Origin: the human T2T-CHM13v2.0 reference genome, Homo sapiens
Direction: 5' to 3' (one strand)
NCBI RefSeq assembly: GCF_009914755.1
Contig: NC_060928.1
DNA: 64,000 bases
The notes under the pieces are model-generated. The model saw nothing but the letters and a program-made list of their open reading frames with translations. It was not told the DNA's origin and searched no databases. The translations under genes were made by a program, and so were the position numbers. Numbering within the stretch: the stretch's first letter is position 1; each line of letters starts with the position of its first letter. This document shows, piece after piece, positions 13,127 through 25,489 of this stretch.

Positions 13127-13693
13127 AGAAGTCAGATCAATGAACAGGAGCTCAATTGAATGGTGCCCATTCTTACTCAGCACTTAGGAATTCTGGCAAT
13201 GAGACTAATGAGAATGTGTTCCTGGTTTTAGAAAGTTTGCGGACAGTCTATAACAATGTCTGAGTCTGTTCTCCCCTTCATCTCCTAAATTTTTAAAAAT
13301 TTGATGTATTTTGATTCCTTCAAGGAGTATTAAAGCAACACACCACACAAGTTTATGTGCTTAGCTGTCATGTGTACTTGATGTAAATTATAGGAAGGGC
13401 AAAAACTATTGCCTGCAAAGGCTAATGCTGAGGGCTTTGAAGCCACATGCTAAGCACCATTTTGCCAATAATAATAGTCAGGACACCTATTATAACAATT
13501 AGATTACTAATCCTAACAAATTGCCTTTGGATCACTACAATTTGCTCACCTGAATCTATTCATTCTTCTTGGGTTTTATGTTAATACTCTATCCAACAAT
13601 TATTATTACCTAGACTGTTTCTCAGCAACTACCATATCATCCTCCAGATGGGTGTTGTTACAATTCTGGATGAAGAACAGTAGTTCCTATTTT

Positions 13694-13975
13694 TTGAGAC
13701 AGAGTCTCACTCTGTCCCCCAGGCTGGAGTGCAGTGGCATGATCTCAGCTCACTGCAAGCTCTGCCTCCCAGGTCACACCATTCTCCTGCCTCAGCCTCC
13801 CAAGTAGCTGGGACTACAGGCGCCTGCCACCACGCCTGACTAATTTTTTGTATTTTTAGTACAGACAGGGTTTCACCGTGTTAGCCAGGATGGTCTCAAT
13901 CTCCTGACCTCATGATCCGCCGGCCTCAGCCTCCCAAAGTGCTGGGATTACAGGTGTGAGCCACCGCTCCTGGCC
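13694..13975 (-). mobile_element. AluY
   Basis: Diagnostic gcaagctc, ccattctcc, gtgttagccaggatggtc; TSD tcctatttt at 13685-93 and 13976-84. Confidence 0.92.
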
Positions 13976-14327
13976 TCCTATTTTATATTTAAACATAATT
14001 ATGTGTCTGACAATTACCTGTGCCAAATGAGGTCACATTATGTAAAAGGGTACCTGTAGATGGTTGGATAACTATTTGCCTACCTAAGAACTCCATAATA
14101 TTAATTTTGAATAGAATGTGGCCCATGAACACATTCTGAAATAATGCTAAATTATAATAGAGCTCAGACCAAATTGTTTGTCTCTGTCAGGAGAAGCGCA
14201 TTTCCCATGTTGGAGGTGAACAAGGGGGTTGATGTTTGGAGGAAACTTCCTCTCTTTCTCCATATATGGATTTTGGCACATCACCGAGGGGATCATATAC
14301 CTGTGTAATAAAAAATAACAACACAAA

Positions 14328-14872
14328 TGATAGCTAACATTTACTATGGATCTACAATGTGATAAATCTTGTGCAAAGCAGTTGTGTGCATTCAGAAATT
14401 CATGCAACAAACATTTTCTGATTGCCATTTTGTGCCTGACAATGATCTAGGCACTGGAGTGCAATGGTGAATAGGACAAAAATAACAATTGCCTTCATGG
14501 AGTAAATGTACTATGGGGAAAACAAGAAATAAACCAGTAATCAAAGGAACACAAAATGTGAGACTGTGAAATGTGCTATGAATAAGGCAAACTGGATGCT
14601 GTAGGAAGAAAAAAGGAGGGGGGATATGGCTGGTCAGGAGAAGCCATCCAATATGATGACATGTAGGGTAAAGAGTCAGCTGTGTCAATATCTTCCAGAC
14701 ACAGGGAAGAGCAAAGAAGGCCTAGAGCTCCACACACAGTATTTTGCCATTTATTCCTCAAGCAATCTTAAGACATGAGGATTATCAGTCCCACTGAACA
14801 GATGAGAAAACGGAATGTAACGTGACCAAGTTCCTACACGATAAGAAGTGGGAACGATGGTATTTAAATTCC
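14328..14872 (-). mobile_element. MIR interrupted by an L2 3' fragment (~14390-14730)
   Basis: MIR antisense halves (atagctaacatttac...; cagatgagaaaacgg) flank an L2 antisense tail (cattc...caacaaacatttt...ctaggcactggag). Confidence 0.6.
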
Positions 14873-15050
14873 CACCTAATTAAAAATATATTTTTCTTAT
14901 TCACTTTTTATTTAATAGAAGCATACTGCATATATTATCCTGATTCTGTTTCTTTTTTCTCTTCACAATATATCTTAGGCATCTCCACAAATGAAAGTAG
15001 TTAGATTCTATCTTTCTCTCATCTAATATCACTATGAATGTATACACCCA

Positions 15051-15496
15051 TGTTTTAGCTTGCAAATGCTGTCATAGAAACAGACCTGAAATTAGGTGAC
15101 TCAAAAAACAGAAATTTATTATCGTGTAGTTCTGGAGGCTAGAAGTCTAAAATCAAGGTGATGTCAGTGCTGGTTCCTTCTGAGGGCTGTGAGGGGAGGC
15201 CTTGTTCCAGGCGTCTCTCCTAGCTCTGACAGCCTCCAGGATTCCATGGCTTGTAGATGGCTGTCTTCTCCCTGTGTCTCTTCACATCATCTTCCTTCCA
15301 CATATTTCTCCTTCTGTGTTTAAATTTCCCCATTTTGTAAGGACACAAGTCATATTGGATTCGACATACCCTAACACCTCATTTTAACTTGATTACTTCT
15401 TTAAAGGTCCCTTTTCCAAATAGGCTCACATTCTGAGATACTGGAGGTCAGGACTGCAACATACCATTTTTGGAGGACACAATTTAGTCCATAACA
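15051..15496 (-). mobile_element. MLT1C-like MaLR solo LTR
   Basis: gttctggaggctagaagtctaaaatcaagg...ggacacaatttagtccataaca; TG...CA termini. Confidence 0.82.
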
Positions 15497-15755
15497 ATAT
15501 ATATCTACTATTTTACTCAAATGGGGTTATTTTGCATGGTGGGGTGCTTTTGTGGTTTTTGGTTTGTTTACTTGTATCCAATGTAATCTTTGGTTTCTTG
15601 TTTCATTCTCTTCTCCAACTATGTATCCACTATGACTACCATAACTATGCTCTAAGGTAATCCATGTTAGCACCTGGTTTATCATTTTCTTACTTATATA
15701 CACACATACACATGCTATATATATGAACCATATATTTACATGGAGTTTTAGTTTT

Positions 15756-15884
15756 AGAAAGATAAGATGAAGAGTAGTGTTTAATGTAAATTCATATTTT
15801 ACAAAGAAATAAAAGAATAAAATGAAATAACGGCTTTGTAAAATATGAATTTACATTAAACACTACTCTTCATCTTGTCTTTCT
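15756..15884. repeat. Near-perfect inverted repeat, 51-bp arms, 27-bp spacer
   Basis: 15756-15806 is the reverse complement of 15834-15884 with 1 mismatch. Confidence 0.96.
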
Positions 15885-15975
15885 CATTGAACAATGTCAG
15901 TTATAGAAACTTCCTTATGTCAACTCCTATTACTTGATCATGAGAGTGCTATAATATTCTATAATGTATATGTGC

Positions 15976-16345
15976 TGTCTTAGTGGGTTTGGACTGCTAT
16001 AACAAAGTACCATAGACTGGATGGCTTACAAACAACAGAAATGTGTTTCTTAGCGTTTGGAAGCCTGGAAGTCTGAGATCAGGGTGTCAGCATGCTTGGG
16101 TTCTGGTGAGTGCTCTCTTCCAGGTTGAAAACTGCCAACTCATCACTTTGTCCTCATTAAAAGAGAATGGGAGAGCTCTCTGGAATCCCTTTCCTAAGGG
16201 CACTAATCTCAAAATGGGGGCTTCATACTAGTGATTTCATTACCTCTCCAAACCCCACCTTCTAATAACACCCTATTGGGGCTTAGTATTTAAGCATATG
16301 AATTTGCAGGGGGAGGGGCAGGACAAAAACACATAGTCGACTACA
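15976..16345 (-). mobile_element. MLT1A0-like MaLR solo LTR
   Basis: tgtcttagt...ctgctataacaaagtaccatagactgg...ctaca; TSD tgtgc/cgcgc. Confidence 0.85.
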
Positions 16346-16579
16346 CGCGCCATAACATATTCTACAATTTTCCGTTTGTGTGGCTTTCTCAAGCACTCTG
16401 CAATACTCTTCCTCTCATTCAGAGGCATTCATGGTTGATTGCTCCTAAAGATAAGCAATTTCAATGTTGTGTTATGTGACAGCCTAGGAATTCTTTCTAA
16501 TCCATCTTCAGGAATTAGCCAGCCCTGTCCACAATCAAGCTCAACATAATACGTCACTAAATGTAGCCATTAAATAAAG

Positions 16580-16800
16580 GGCTTTGGGAATCAGGCTTTT
16601 TCCTAGTCTAACTGGTTCATTAAACCATTCAAAGCTAGCTAGTTAGTCTTTCTCTCCATGCTTCTCCATTTCCTCATCTGTGAAATAGAGATAATGGTTG
16701 CAGCTACTTCTCAGTGTTGTTGGAAGGACTGATTTCAGGAAGCTTTTTTCAAAGTCCGCAAGATGATTCAATAGTAAGCATTCAATAAATATGATTCATT
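16580..16800 (+). mobile_element. MIR SINE
   Basis: tttcctcatctgtgaaatagagataat core and taagcattcaataaat tail. Confidence 0.75.
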
Positions 16801-19019
16801 TTATTTTCATTATTCACGCTTTCTCTTTCTCATTTTGATCAGTTTTATTTCCAAGCTCTAAGAAATAACCCACCAACTATCTTTTTATAAATCTTTAGTG
16901 ATTTTAGTTAAGTACACAACTTTATAGTTTTCTCATTGTGAATGGTGCCAGCATATTGACTGCACTGCCAAGTTTTATCCCTAAGAAGTTTCCTGTGAGA
17001 AGCGAGAGGGAGAGAAGCTGGGAAAGATGGCAGAGTAGACAACTATTGAAGATTCTCCAACACCAACTGTCCATTAACACATGGATACAATGTGTGGCAG
17101 AAAATACTGGAATAGAAATTGAAGTATTTAATGATGTTCAAATTAAAAATCTTGGATAATTATCTCGCTGCTTCTTCCGGTGGTATATTGTTATAGATAC
17201 AGCAACACACATGTACCAAAGAATAAAACAAAGACCTCTAGAATTTAAAAAACAAAATATACTTGCCAAGTAAGAGAGTATAAGCAAAGAAATTTACTGT
17301 GTATTTTGCAAAGAGGAAGAAACTGGGGTTTCAATAATTAGGAAGGGATTTTCCTGGTGATCATGCTCATCGAGCATTGAAAGCTTGCACTTGAATGTCA
17401 CAGAATGAGTCTGAAATGCTTTACTAAACAATTTCCTTTGTTCATTGGTCAAAAAATGTCTTCAGTTTTGTCTAGTAAGAGTCTGGTATACTGAGTCACT
17501 TAAAGTTCATGTTAATTTAACCAGTTCAGCTGGTTGGGGTCAGTTATAAGAAAATACAATATTCCATTTTGATACTGCATTAGTAATTGTCCCTATGTTA
17601 AAGATATTCATTTTTACAGAAAAAAAAGGAGTCCAGCTTCCAAATGCTCGTAATACCTTATTTGTATGCCATCTTTACTTTTAGATCAATGATGAAAATC
17701 CTAAAATATTTAGCATTAAGTTTAGCAATTACTCATAGATTAAAAGCTACATTTGAGATTTTTTAAATTTCCAAATTATTTGGAGTAGAATTGATAATTC
17801 TAGATTTGTATTCTAATATTCTAAACCATAACAGTTATAGGAAATGTGATGAAAACATTACTTTCAGTGTTTTTGACACTGTTGAAAATATATACCACAT
17901 AGTAATTCAAAAGGAAGTCAAAGTTATAAAGCAATGTTATTCAATATCCATGACAGGCAGTAGATTAGGGTAACTTCCTGTGACATGCTTTGTCAAAAGG
18001 GAGTGGGTGTAAAATGTGGATGTCCGGGAATAAGAAAAAAAGTTTAAGTTTACAGGCTAAAAGGCTTGCAAAAACCTGCACAGTATTACTTGGGTGATGA
18101 ATAATCTCCATCAGGTAAAAAATAGTGATGAAGCATTCATAGCAGAACCAATTTCTATATATTTAAAAGTATCATTGGCAACAATAACATTCCCTTAAAC
18201 CTACATCACAGTATTTTTCATTCAATTAAGTATCTCTGTCAGTCTTTGTGTCTCACTAACCAAATGTGGGCTCTCCTGGGACATAGTATATTTTCCTTAC
18301 ATGACTTAGGATGTCCAATGCCAACTGATTACTTAACAGAAGGAGTCATTTCATGCAAGCCTTAGGATAGTACTGCTATTTTGGTCTCTAAAAAAATCAC
18401 TGAAGATAGGGCTCAAATTTTAGAGGCAACATCATGAGCTTATGTTTTCCCAGTCTTCATTTAGAAATAGAACATTCTAATATTTCATTCTCTGTTGTGT
18501 TAGGCCAAGATTCTACCTATAAATATACAAGGAATAGTAGATCCAAAATAACAATGGCCATATACACTTTGCATGATCTTTTGGTTTTGAATATCTCCTG
18601 GAGGACACAGTGAACTCCAGCATCTCCATACCTTGTCAGGGTTCTTCTCAATGACTGATGCAGTGGGTGCCAATACGGCTTAAGAGGCTCCTGTGAGAGA
18701 GGAAGCCACAGCAGAAGAGGAATAGACAATTCTCTAATTATCATGCACACAAAGAATCACTTTTGTGGCTAGTGTTCCCATATTTAAACATATCTTCCTA
18801 CTGAGGAGAAGAGGGGTACTGACTTGTTGTGAGGCATCTACATGGATTAAGGGACTGCCTGCAAGTTTGTTACTGTCAGACTATTTCTGAGAGCATGTCC
18901 AGTCTCTGAGGACACACGGATGGAGCCTCTTCCTTCTTAAGCACATGTTGGGTTAAAGGGATCCTTTAATAAAACTTCCAAAGCACAGTCTATGAAGAAA
19001 AACATGTTACTCTGATTTC

Positions 19020-19200
19020 AATGAAATTAAGGAATTTTGTGAAGAAGTTAATGGGTGAAAGAAAGGGAGGTGATATGTACAATGCCTTAAACTAATATTT
19101 CACTATCTGGAATGAAATTAAGGAATTTTGTGAAGAAGTTAATGCGTGAAAGAAAGGGAGGTGATATGTACAATGCCTTAACTAAGATTTCACTATCTGG
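19020..19200. repeat. Tandem duplication, ~91-bp unit x2
   Basis: 19020-19110 vs 19111-19200: 2 substitutions and one 1-bp indel. Confidence 0.95.
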
Positions 19201-19214
19201 AACCTACAGGGAAT

Positions 19215-19495
19215 TCTTATAATCAACTAGAGAAGAAAAAAGGAAACGGACAAGCAGTTTACAGGAAAGAAACCCCAAATGCTCACAAGAATTTGAAAGA
19301 ACATTCAAAATTGAAATCAGAAAAGGCAAATGAAGACATCGGTGAGATACCCCATTACACCTTTTAAATTGGCCACAATTGGAAAGTTGGATGTTGCCCA
19401 GTGCTCACAGGGATGTGGAGACCCTTGTGAGCTGCTTATGAGAAGGATAGCTGGTATAGGATTCTGGAAAGCAATCTGGTACCACCCAGACTAAT
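19215..19495 (+). mobile_element. Ancient L1M(E) ORF2 3' fragment
   Basis: gtgagataccccattacacc...attctggaaagcaatctgg. Confidence 0.65.
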
Positions 19496-19502
19496 TTTAT
19501 GA

Positions 19503-19530
19503 ACACACACACACACACACACACACACAC
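19503..19530. repeat. (AC)14 microsatellite
   Basis: Perfect dinucleotide run. Confidence 0.95.
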
Positions 19531-21316
19531 TCATCCATTTAACACTATTGTGCTAAATCTTCATCATATTTTTATGATCCAAACTAGGAGTAACAAATGG
19601 CACTCCAGAAATGCAGACTAGCAGCAAACTATTCTACTATAGTTTGGAGGATATGTGCTTGTGCATGAGTATGAATGAGGGAGAGAGAAAGAGAGAGAGA
19701 GAGAGAACACAAAGTATATTGGATGAAGATAGGGTAGAAATCATGTAATATCAGAGTTTTTTTAATGCATTTGTATACTTTCACAGAAAGCATACATTCT
19801 CCACTGGAAATGCCATTGCCCCTTCCTTTAGCTTACATACAAAATTTCACCCTTTCCTACCACCTTCCTGGCCCCTATAGGCATTTGACTTGATATCCCC
19901 ATTATGCTGTCCTGCTCAAGGTATTCCCTCAAATACCTTGAGAACATTCAAAAAATGAAGGGAGGCCACTGAATAGGCATAATCCTGAATTCATAGAACA
20001 AAATGACTCAAGAGAAAAACACAACTCCTTCTTGAGGGAACTATAATTCTACACATTACACATTGCCGAAGCAAACATATGCAAAATGTTTTTTCATTAT
20101 ATTTTGCTTGATTTGGGTTGCTTGAACAGCAAGCTTAAAGAAACTGAAGAGGAAAAGGACAGAACCTAAGAATTCTCTTTTTTTGCTTCACTTTGAGTCA
20201 TTTGCAGAATGACACATCATAAGAAGATGGGAGCCAATTTTCAAATTTGGATCCCTCAGTCAGCCATCCATCCACAATACTTGGAAAGCCAGCAGCCCCT
20301 TCTTGCCAGATTTAAGGGATTTAGTCTGCTAATAAAGGCTTTCCAAATGGACAGATGTATGAACACTGTTTCATGGGCCAGATACTAAAATCAAAACTCT
20401 GTCTGCAAAATTCAAGAGCAATGAGATTGTGTTGCAAAGGCTGGTTGGGGTGGGAGGGAGCATATGCAGCTATGGAAGATTACTGCAACAGGCACTATTC
20501 AGTCTGTTTCTCTGCAAATGCAGAAACATCTACTTTGTCATCAGAGGCCCTATGGATCTCTACTGTGTGCTTTACACAACCTTATTTCTGCCTGGTAGTA
20601 AGGTTATACCTAGACAATGTACTATTAAGTGTTAAGCAAATTTACTTGAGAAGAATTAAATCCAGCATTATCATATTCCTATTTGTGTCCAATTCTCAAA
20701 TATGCCATTAGAAAGTATAGGAGAAATTAGGAAATTTCTCTTAAAGATAAAACAAGAAAAATGTCCAAATTACGGTAAGAGGAGGGCTTTCAAAGTCGTA
20801 TATTTAAGTAGATAAATGCCAATCTTTAAAACATATTGTTGCCTTTAATACCAACTTCTTGTTAAGCTGTTTATGTCTGCCCATTCGATTAACCTTTATT
20901 AAGTGCATCCTGCCTTCCAGGCACTGTGCTAAGTAATGTGTGTGTTTGTATGTGTATGATCACATTTAACGTCACAACAATCCATAAGGGGTATTTGATA
21001 CATCTTTTGAAATATGATTTATACTTGGGAAACTTTTCCACCAACCATTTCATTATTTTTTAGTCAATTAGTCATGATTTATCTAGAACTAACCACACCT
21101 AGGTATATACACAAAAAAGAATCATTTTCACAGACATACCCACACACCCACACAATGTACAAGAGTGTTCCTGGTAGCATTGTTTATCATGGCCCAACCC
21201 AGAAGTCACTCAAATGCTGGTTACTATTGGAATAAATTTTGATTTATTAAAATAATGGAACACTACACAACAATGAAAAGGAGCAGACTTCAAGTACCTG
21301 TGATACTGCAAACAAA

Positions 21317-22138
21317 TGTCTTAGTCTGCTTGGGCTGCTATAACAAAATGCTATAAATTGGGTAGCTTATTGTGAAAGAAAAATAAATTTTGCGTCCCCC
21401 AAATCACTAATCTAAAGGGAAAAGTCAAGCTGGGAACTGCTTAGGGCAAACCTGCCTCCCATTCTATTCAGTCATCTCCCTCTGCTCACTGAGATAGATG
21501 CTGCATATCTCATTGCCTCTCTTGGAAAGGCTGATCAGGAACTCAAAAGAATGCATCAACTGTCTCTCACCTACCTGTGACCTGGAAGCCCCTTCCCTGC
21601 TTCAAGTTGTCCCACCTTTCTGGGCAGAACCAATGTACATCTTACACATAACAATTAATATCTCATGTCTCCCTAAAATGTATAAAACCAAGTTGTGCCC
21701 CAACCACCTTGGGCACATGTCGTCAGGACCTCCTGAGGCTGTGTCAAGGGCATGCTTCATCAATCTTGGCAAAATAATCTTTCTAAATTAACTGAGACCT
21801 GTCTCAGATATTTGGGGTTCACATTATAACAGCAGAAATTTATTCCTCACAGTTCTGGAGGTTGGGAAGTCCAAGATCCAAATGCTGCCCTGTTCATTGT
21901 GTGATGAGGGCCTTATTCCTGGGCCCTAGATGGCACTTCCAGCTGTGTACTCACATGGCGAAATGTGTGAGAGAGCTTTCCCTGGCCTCTTTTATAAGGG
22001 CACTAATCCCACTCATGTGAGTTCCACTCTCATGGCCTCTCATCACCTCCTAAACTCTCCACCTCCTAATCTCATTACCTTGAAGGTAGGATTTCAACAT
22101 ATGAACTTGCAGGGGACAAAATCATTCAGATCGTCACA
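21317..22138 (-). mobile_element. MLT1A solo LTR (21317-21370 and 21824-22138)
   Basis: tgtcttagtctgcttgggctgctataac start; resumes aacagcagaaatttattcctcacagttctggagg after the MER4 insertion. Confidence 0.85.
21371..21823 (+). mobile_element. MER4A1-like ERV1 solo LTR with 4-bp TSD
   Basis: tgtgaaagaaaataaa...ttggggttcaca; TSD ttat at 21367-70 and 21824-27. Confidence 0.88.
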
Positions 22139-23959
22139 GTACACCTCACATAAATAATGCTGATTGAAAAAAAGCAAGTGCAAAATGTATGTGCTGTGTG
22201 ACTCCACTTACAGGCAAAATTAATCAAGGCAGGTGAAAGTCAGGAGAGTGGTTACTCTTGGGGGCATTCAGAACACCTGGAAGCAGGACACGGGAGGAAC
22301 CTGGGCTGCTGGCAATGATCTGATTTTTATCTGGGTGCTGGTGACATGAGTGTTCACTTTGGGATAATTAGAGCTGTGACTTTCTCTGTGCTTTGTATAT
22401 CTCAATAAAAATTTTGTGAACATAAAAGTAATCACATATATACAATTAATGATGAGAAATATTTGCTGTATAGTATTCATTCAAGTATTTGCTGTATAAT
22501 GTTCAAATTAAAACCTGAAAATCTTACTCCATGAATGCCACTTGGTAAATTTATTACTGTATATTGGCAGAGAACATAGAAAGTGGTAAGAATATATTAA
22601 GGTTTTAGAGTTAATAGTAGGAGTATTTATTTTTGAACTTCTCTTGTTGTTGGTATAACATTGTGTCATTACTTTTAAATGGGTGAAAGCAATATGCTCT
22701 GAATAAGATTCCTCTAACTGGCTTGTTCAACACAAACCTCTCTAAAACTCAAGGAGTTTGGGAGCTGACACAAGTGTGCCTTGAAAAGGCCTAACTGCTT
22801 CATAAGCCAGTTGTGATTTATAACTGTACAATTACTCTTCTATCATCAATGCTACTTTCAGATCACATAGAATATTAGGAATGTGCCCTGCTTGGGTTAT
22901 TCGGATGGCAATGATGTCTCAGGACCAAGAGTTGGGGTCAATGACTCCTTCTCTAGCACTAAGCATGAAAACAGAATGGCCACAAGCATGCTCACGTGTC
23001 CACATAATAGAACAATTTTTATTATTCATAAAATGGGACTTCCACAGGAGAAGCAAAATCTATAATCACATTATGGAAGGTTTTGTCTTATAACTTTTCC
23101 AAAGAGAGGCACACCAAGCCATTTTGAACTCTAAGCTGAAAATTAAAAGCAATGTCCTTTTAAGTTCCCAATATGAGGACACAGGGCAATAATCTGAACA
23201 CCAGGTGGCAATTTGGTATCCTAACAGTAACACATAGGAAGAACAAGAAATTCTCCAGTTTCCACTGAAAGTGAATATTCATGGGCATACAAGGGCATGC
23301 CAGGAAAAAGATCGTGTTTTCCTTCCCCTTTTTGCTGTCTATCTCCTCTTATAATATATTTTCATAGAAAGAAGAGTTCCAGCAGACTGAAATTGAGGAA
23401 GATTTCATCCTAAATATAGGGACCTGCTGGTGCCATGTATGGCATTCCTTTCCTTTTTCTTCTACTTATTCTAAGTGTACCCAGTCATAACTTTATACAT
23501 AAAGATGTCCCAAAGAATCCTACTCCATGAAAATTATGCCTTTCCCTTGACTGATTTCTCATTAGGGTAGCAAGTAAAATAAACCTACTAAACTAGTTTT
23601 TGCCAAACTGCAAAATGTATTGGTGGATGATAAAGATGTCCCATGGAAAACAAGGGAAAGAAGCCCATCTTAATTTTAAGAAAAAGTAGAGCCAGTTACA
23701 GGAGAGTCTGGGGCAAAGCCCCAGATTTACCCTACCCATTGTATTATTTCTCTTGTCTTGTGTTTGTCCTCCTTTCCCAACTCCTCCTTCTCCTCCTCCT
23801 CTTTCCCCTCTTCCTTCATGTCTCCCTCATTCCTTCTCATTCTTTGAAATGCTAAACATACTAACCATATAGGATTATCGCCACCGCAGCATCATATTTG
23901 CAAATAATTGACTGCAAGCCCTGAATCCCAACTCTAGACTAATGTTAAAGATTATTATA

Positions 23960-24140
23960 AAGTGAATATAGTTAATAAGAATATATTATATATTTCAAAA
24001 TAGCTAGATGAGATGATTTTGAATGTTCTCATCATAGAGAAATGATAAATGTTTGAGATGATGGTATGATAATTATTCTGACTTGATTGTTACACAATGC
24101 ACACATGTATTAAAACATCACATTGTACTTCATAAATAAT
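23960..24140 (+). mobile_element. L1MA 3'UTR fragment
   Basis: atagttaataag...tttgaatgttctcatcat...aaacatcacattgtac. Confidence 0.75.
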
Positions 24141-24144
24141 TTGA

Positions 24145-24537
<393 letters not shown>

Positions 24538-24615
24538 TTAGTTAAGGACCCCCACCCTAAAACACTCTTCTAATTCCCAAAGATGAAAAGAGAGAAAAGC
24601 CACACTTTGCCTGAT

Positions 24616-24991
24616 TGATATAGTTTGACGCTGTGTCCCCACCCAAATCTCATGTTAAATTGTAATCCCCATGTATCAGGAGAGGACCCTCATAGGAAAT
24701 GCTTGGATCATGGGGATGGATTTTCCCCTTTCTGTTCTCATGATGATGAGTTCTCATGAGATCTGATGGTTTAAAAGTGTGTAGCACTTCCTGCTTCATT
24801 CTCTCTCTCTCCTATCACCCTGTGAAGAAGGTGCTTACTTCCCCTTCATTCTTCTGCCACGATTATAAGTTTGTTGAGGTCTCCCAGTCATGCTTCCTGT
24901 TGTGGAACTGTGAGTTAATTAAACCTCTTTTCTTCATAAAATACCCAGTCTCAGGTAGTTCTTTATAGCAGTGTGAGAACAAACTAAAACA
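24616..24991 (+). mobile_element. MSTA-like MaLR solo LTR
   Basis: tgatatagtttg...ccccacccaaatctcatg...aaactaaaaca; TSD ctgat/ctgac. Confidence 0.88.
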
Positions 24992-24992
24992 C

Positions 24993-25378
24993 TGACTTAA
25001 TCTGTTTTGTGCCGCTATAACAGAATACTACAGACTTAGTTGTTTATATGAACAGACATTTATTGGCTTACAGTTCTGGAGGCTGGAAAGTCCAAGATTA
25101 AGGAGTTGACATCCTGCCAGGGCCTTCTTCCTGTGTTATAACAACAGAAGGCATCACATGGCAAGAGAGTGAAAGAGACAGAGAGGGGCCAAAATCCTCA
25201 CTTTATAAGGAAACTACTCCCTTGATAACAAACCTATTCCTCAATAACAGCATTAATCCATTCATGAGGGCAGAGCAATCGTGGCCTAATCACCTCTTAA
25301 AGGTTCCACCTCTTAATACTATTACAATGACAATTAAGTTTCCAACACTGTTTTTTGGGAACACATTCAAACCATAAA
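24993..25378 (-). mobile_element. MSTC/MSTD-like MaLR solo LTR
   Basis: ctataacagaatactacagac...cattaatccattcatgagggcagag...cacattcaaaccata. Confidence 0.78.
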
Positions 25379-25489
25379 GCTGTATGAAATTCCCTTATGT
25401 ATGTCCCGGACAGTGTGATTGTCATGGGCATGACTGGCATTCTGCAAATAAGACAGTAGATTTAGTACAAAAACCAAATATCATATTAC

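Larger units (their letters stand above)
21070..22415 (+). mobile_element. Ancient L1M 3' end, split by MLT1A and MER4A1
   Basis: L1 3' motifs before 21316 (aatggaacactacacaacaatgaaaagg) resume after 22139 (ctgtgtgactccacttac...atatctcaataaaa). Confidence 0.65.

Noticed and set aside
16990-17760. Possible processed pseudogene (aagATGGCAGAG; fragments such as YCVFCK and SIESLHLNV faintly HIT-like)
   Set aside because: Stops in all frames, motifs not convincingly collinear with any protein I recognise, no poly(A) or TSD; a BLASTX would settle it.
19020-19200. Direct repeats as a CRISPR-like array
   Set aside because: Only two adjacent copies, no spacers, and a eukaryotic context; the same holds for the other duplications.
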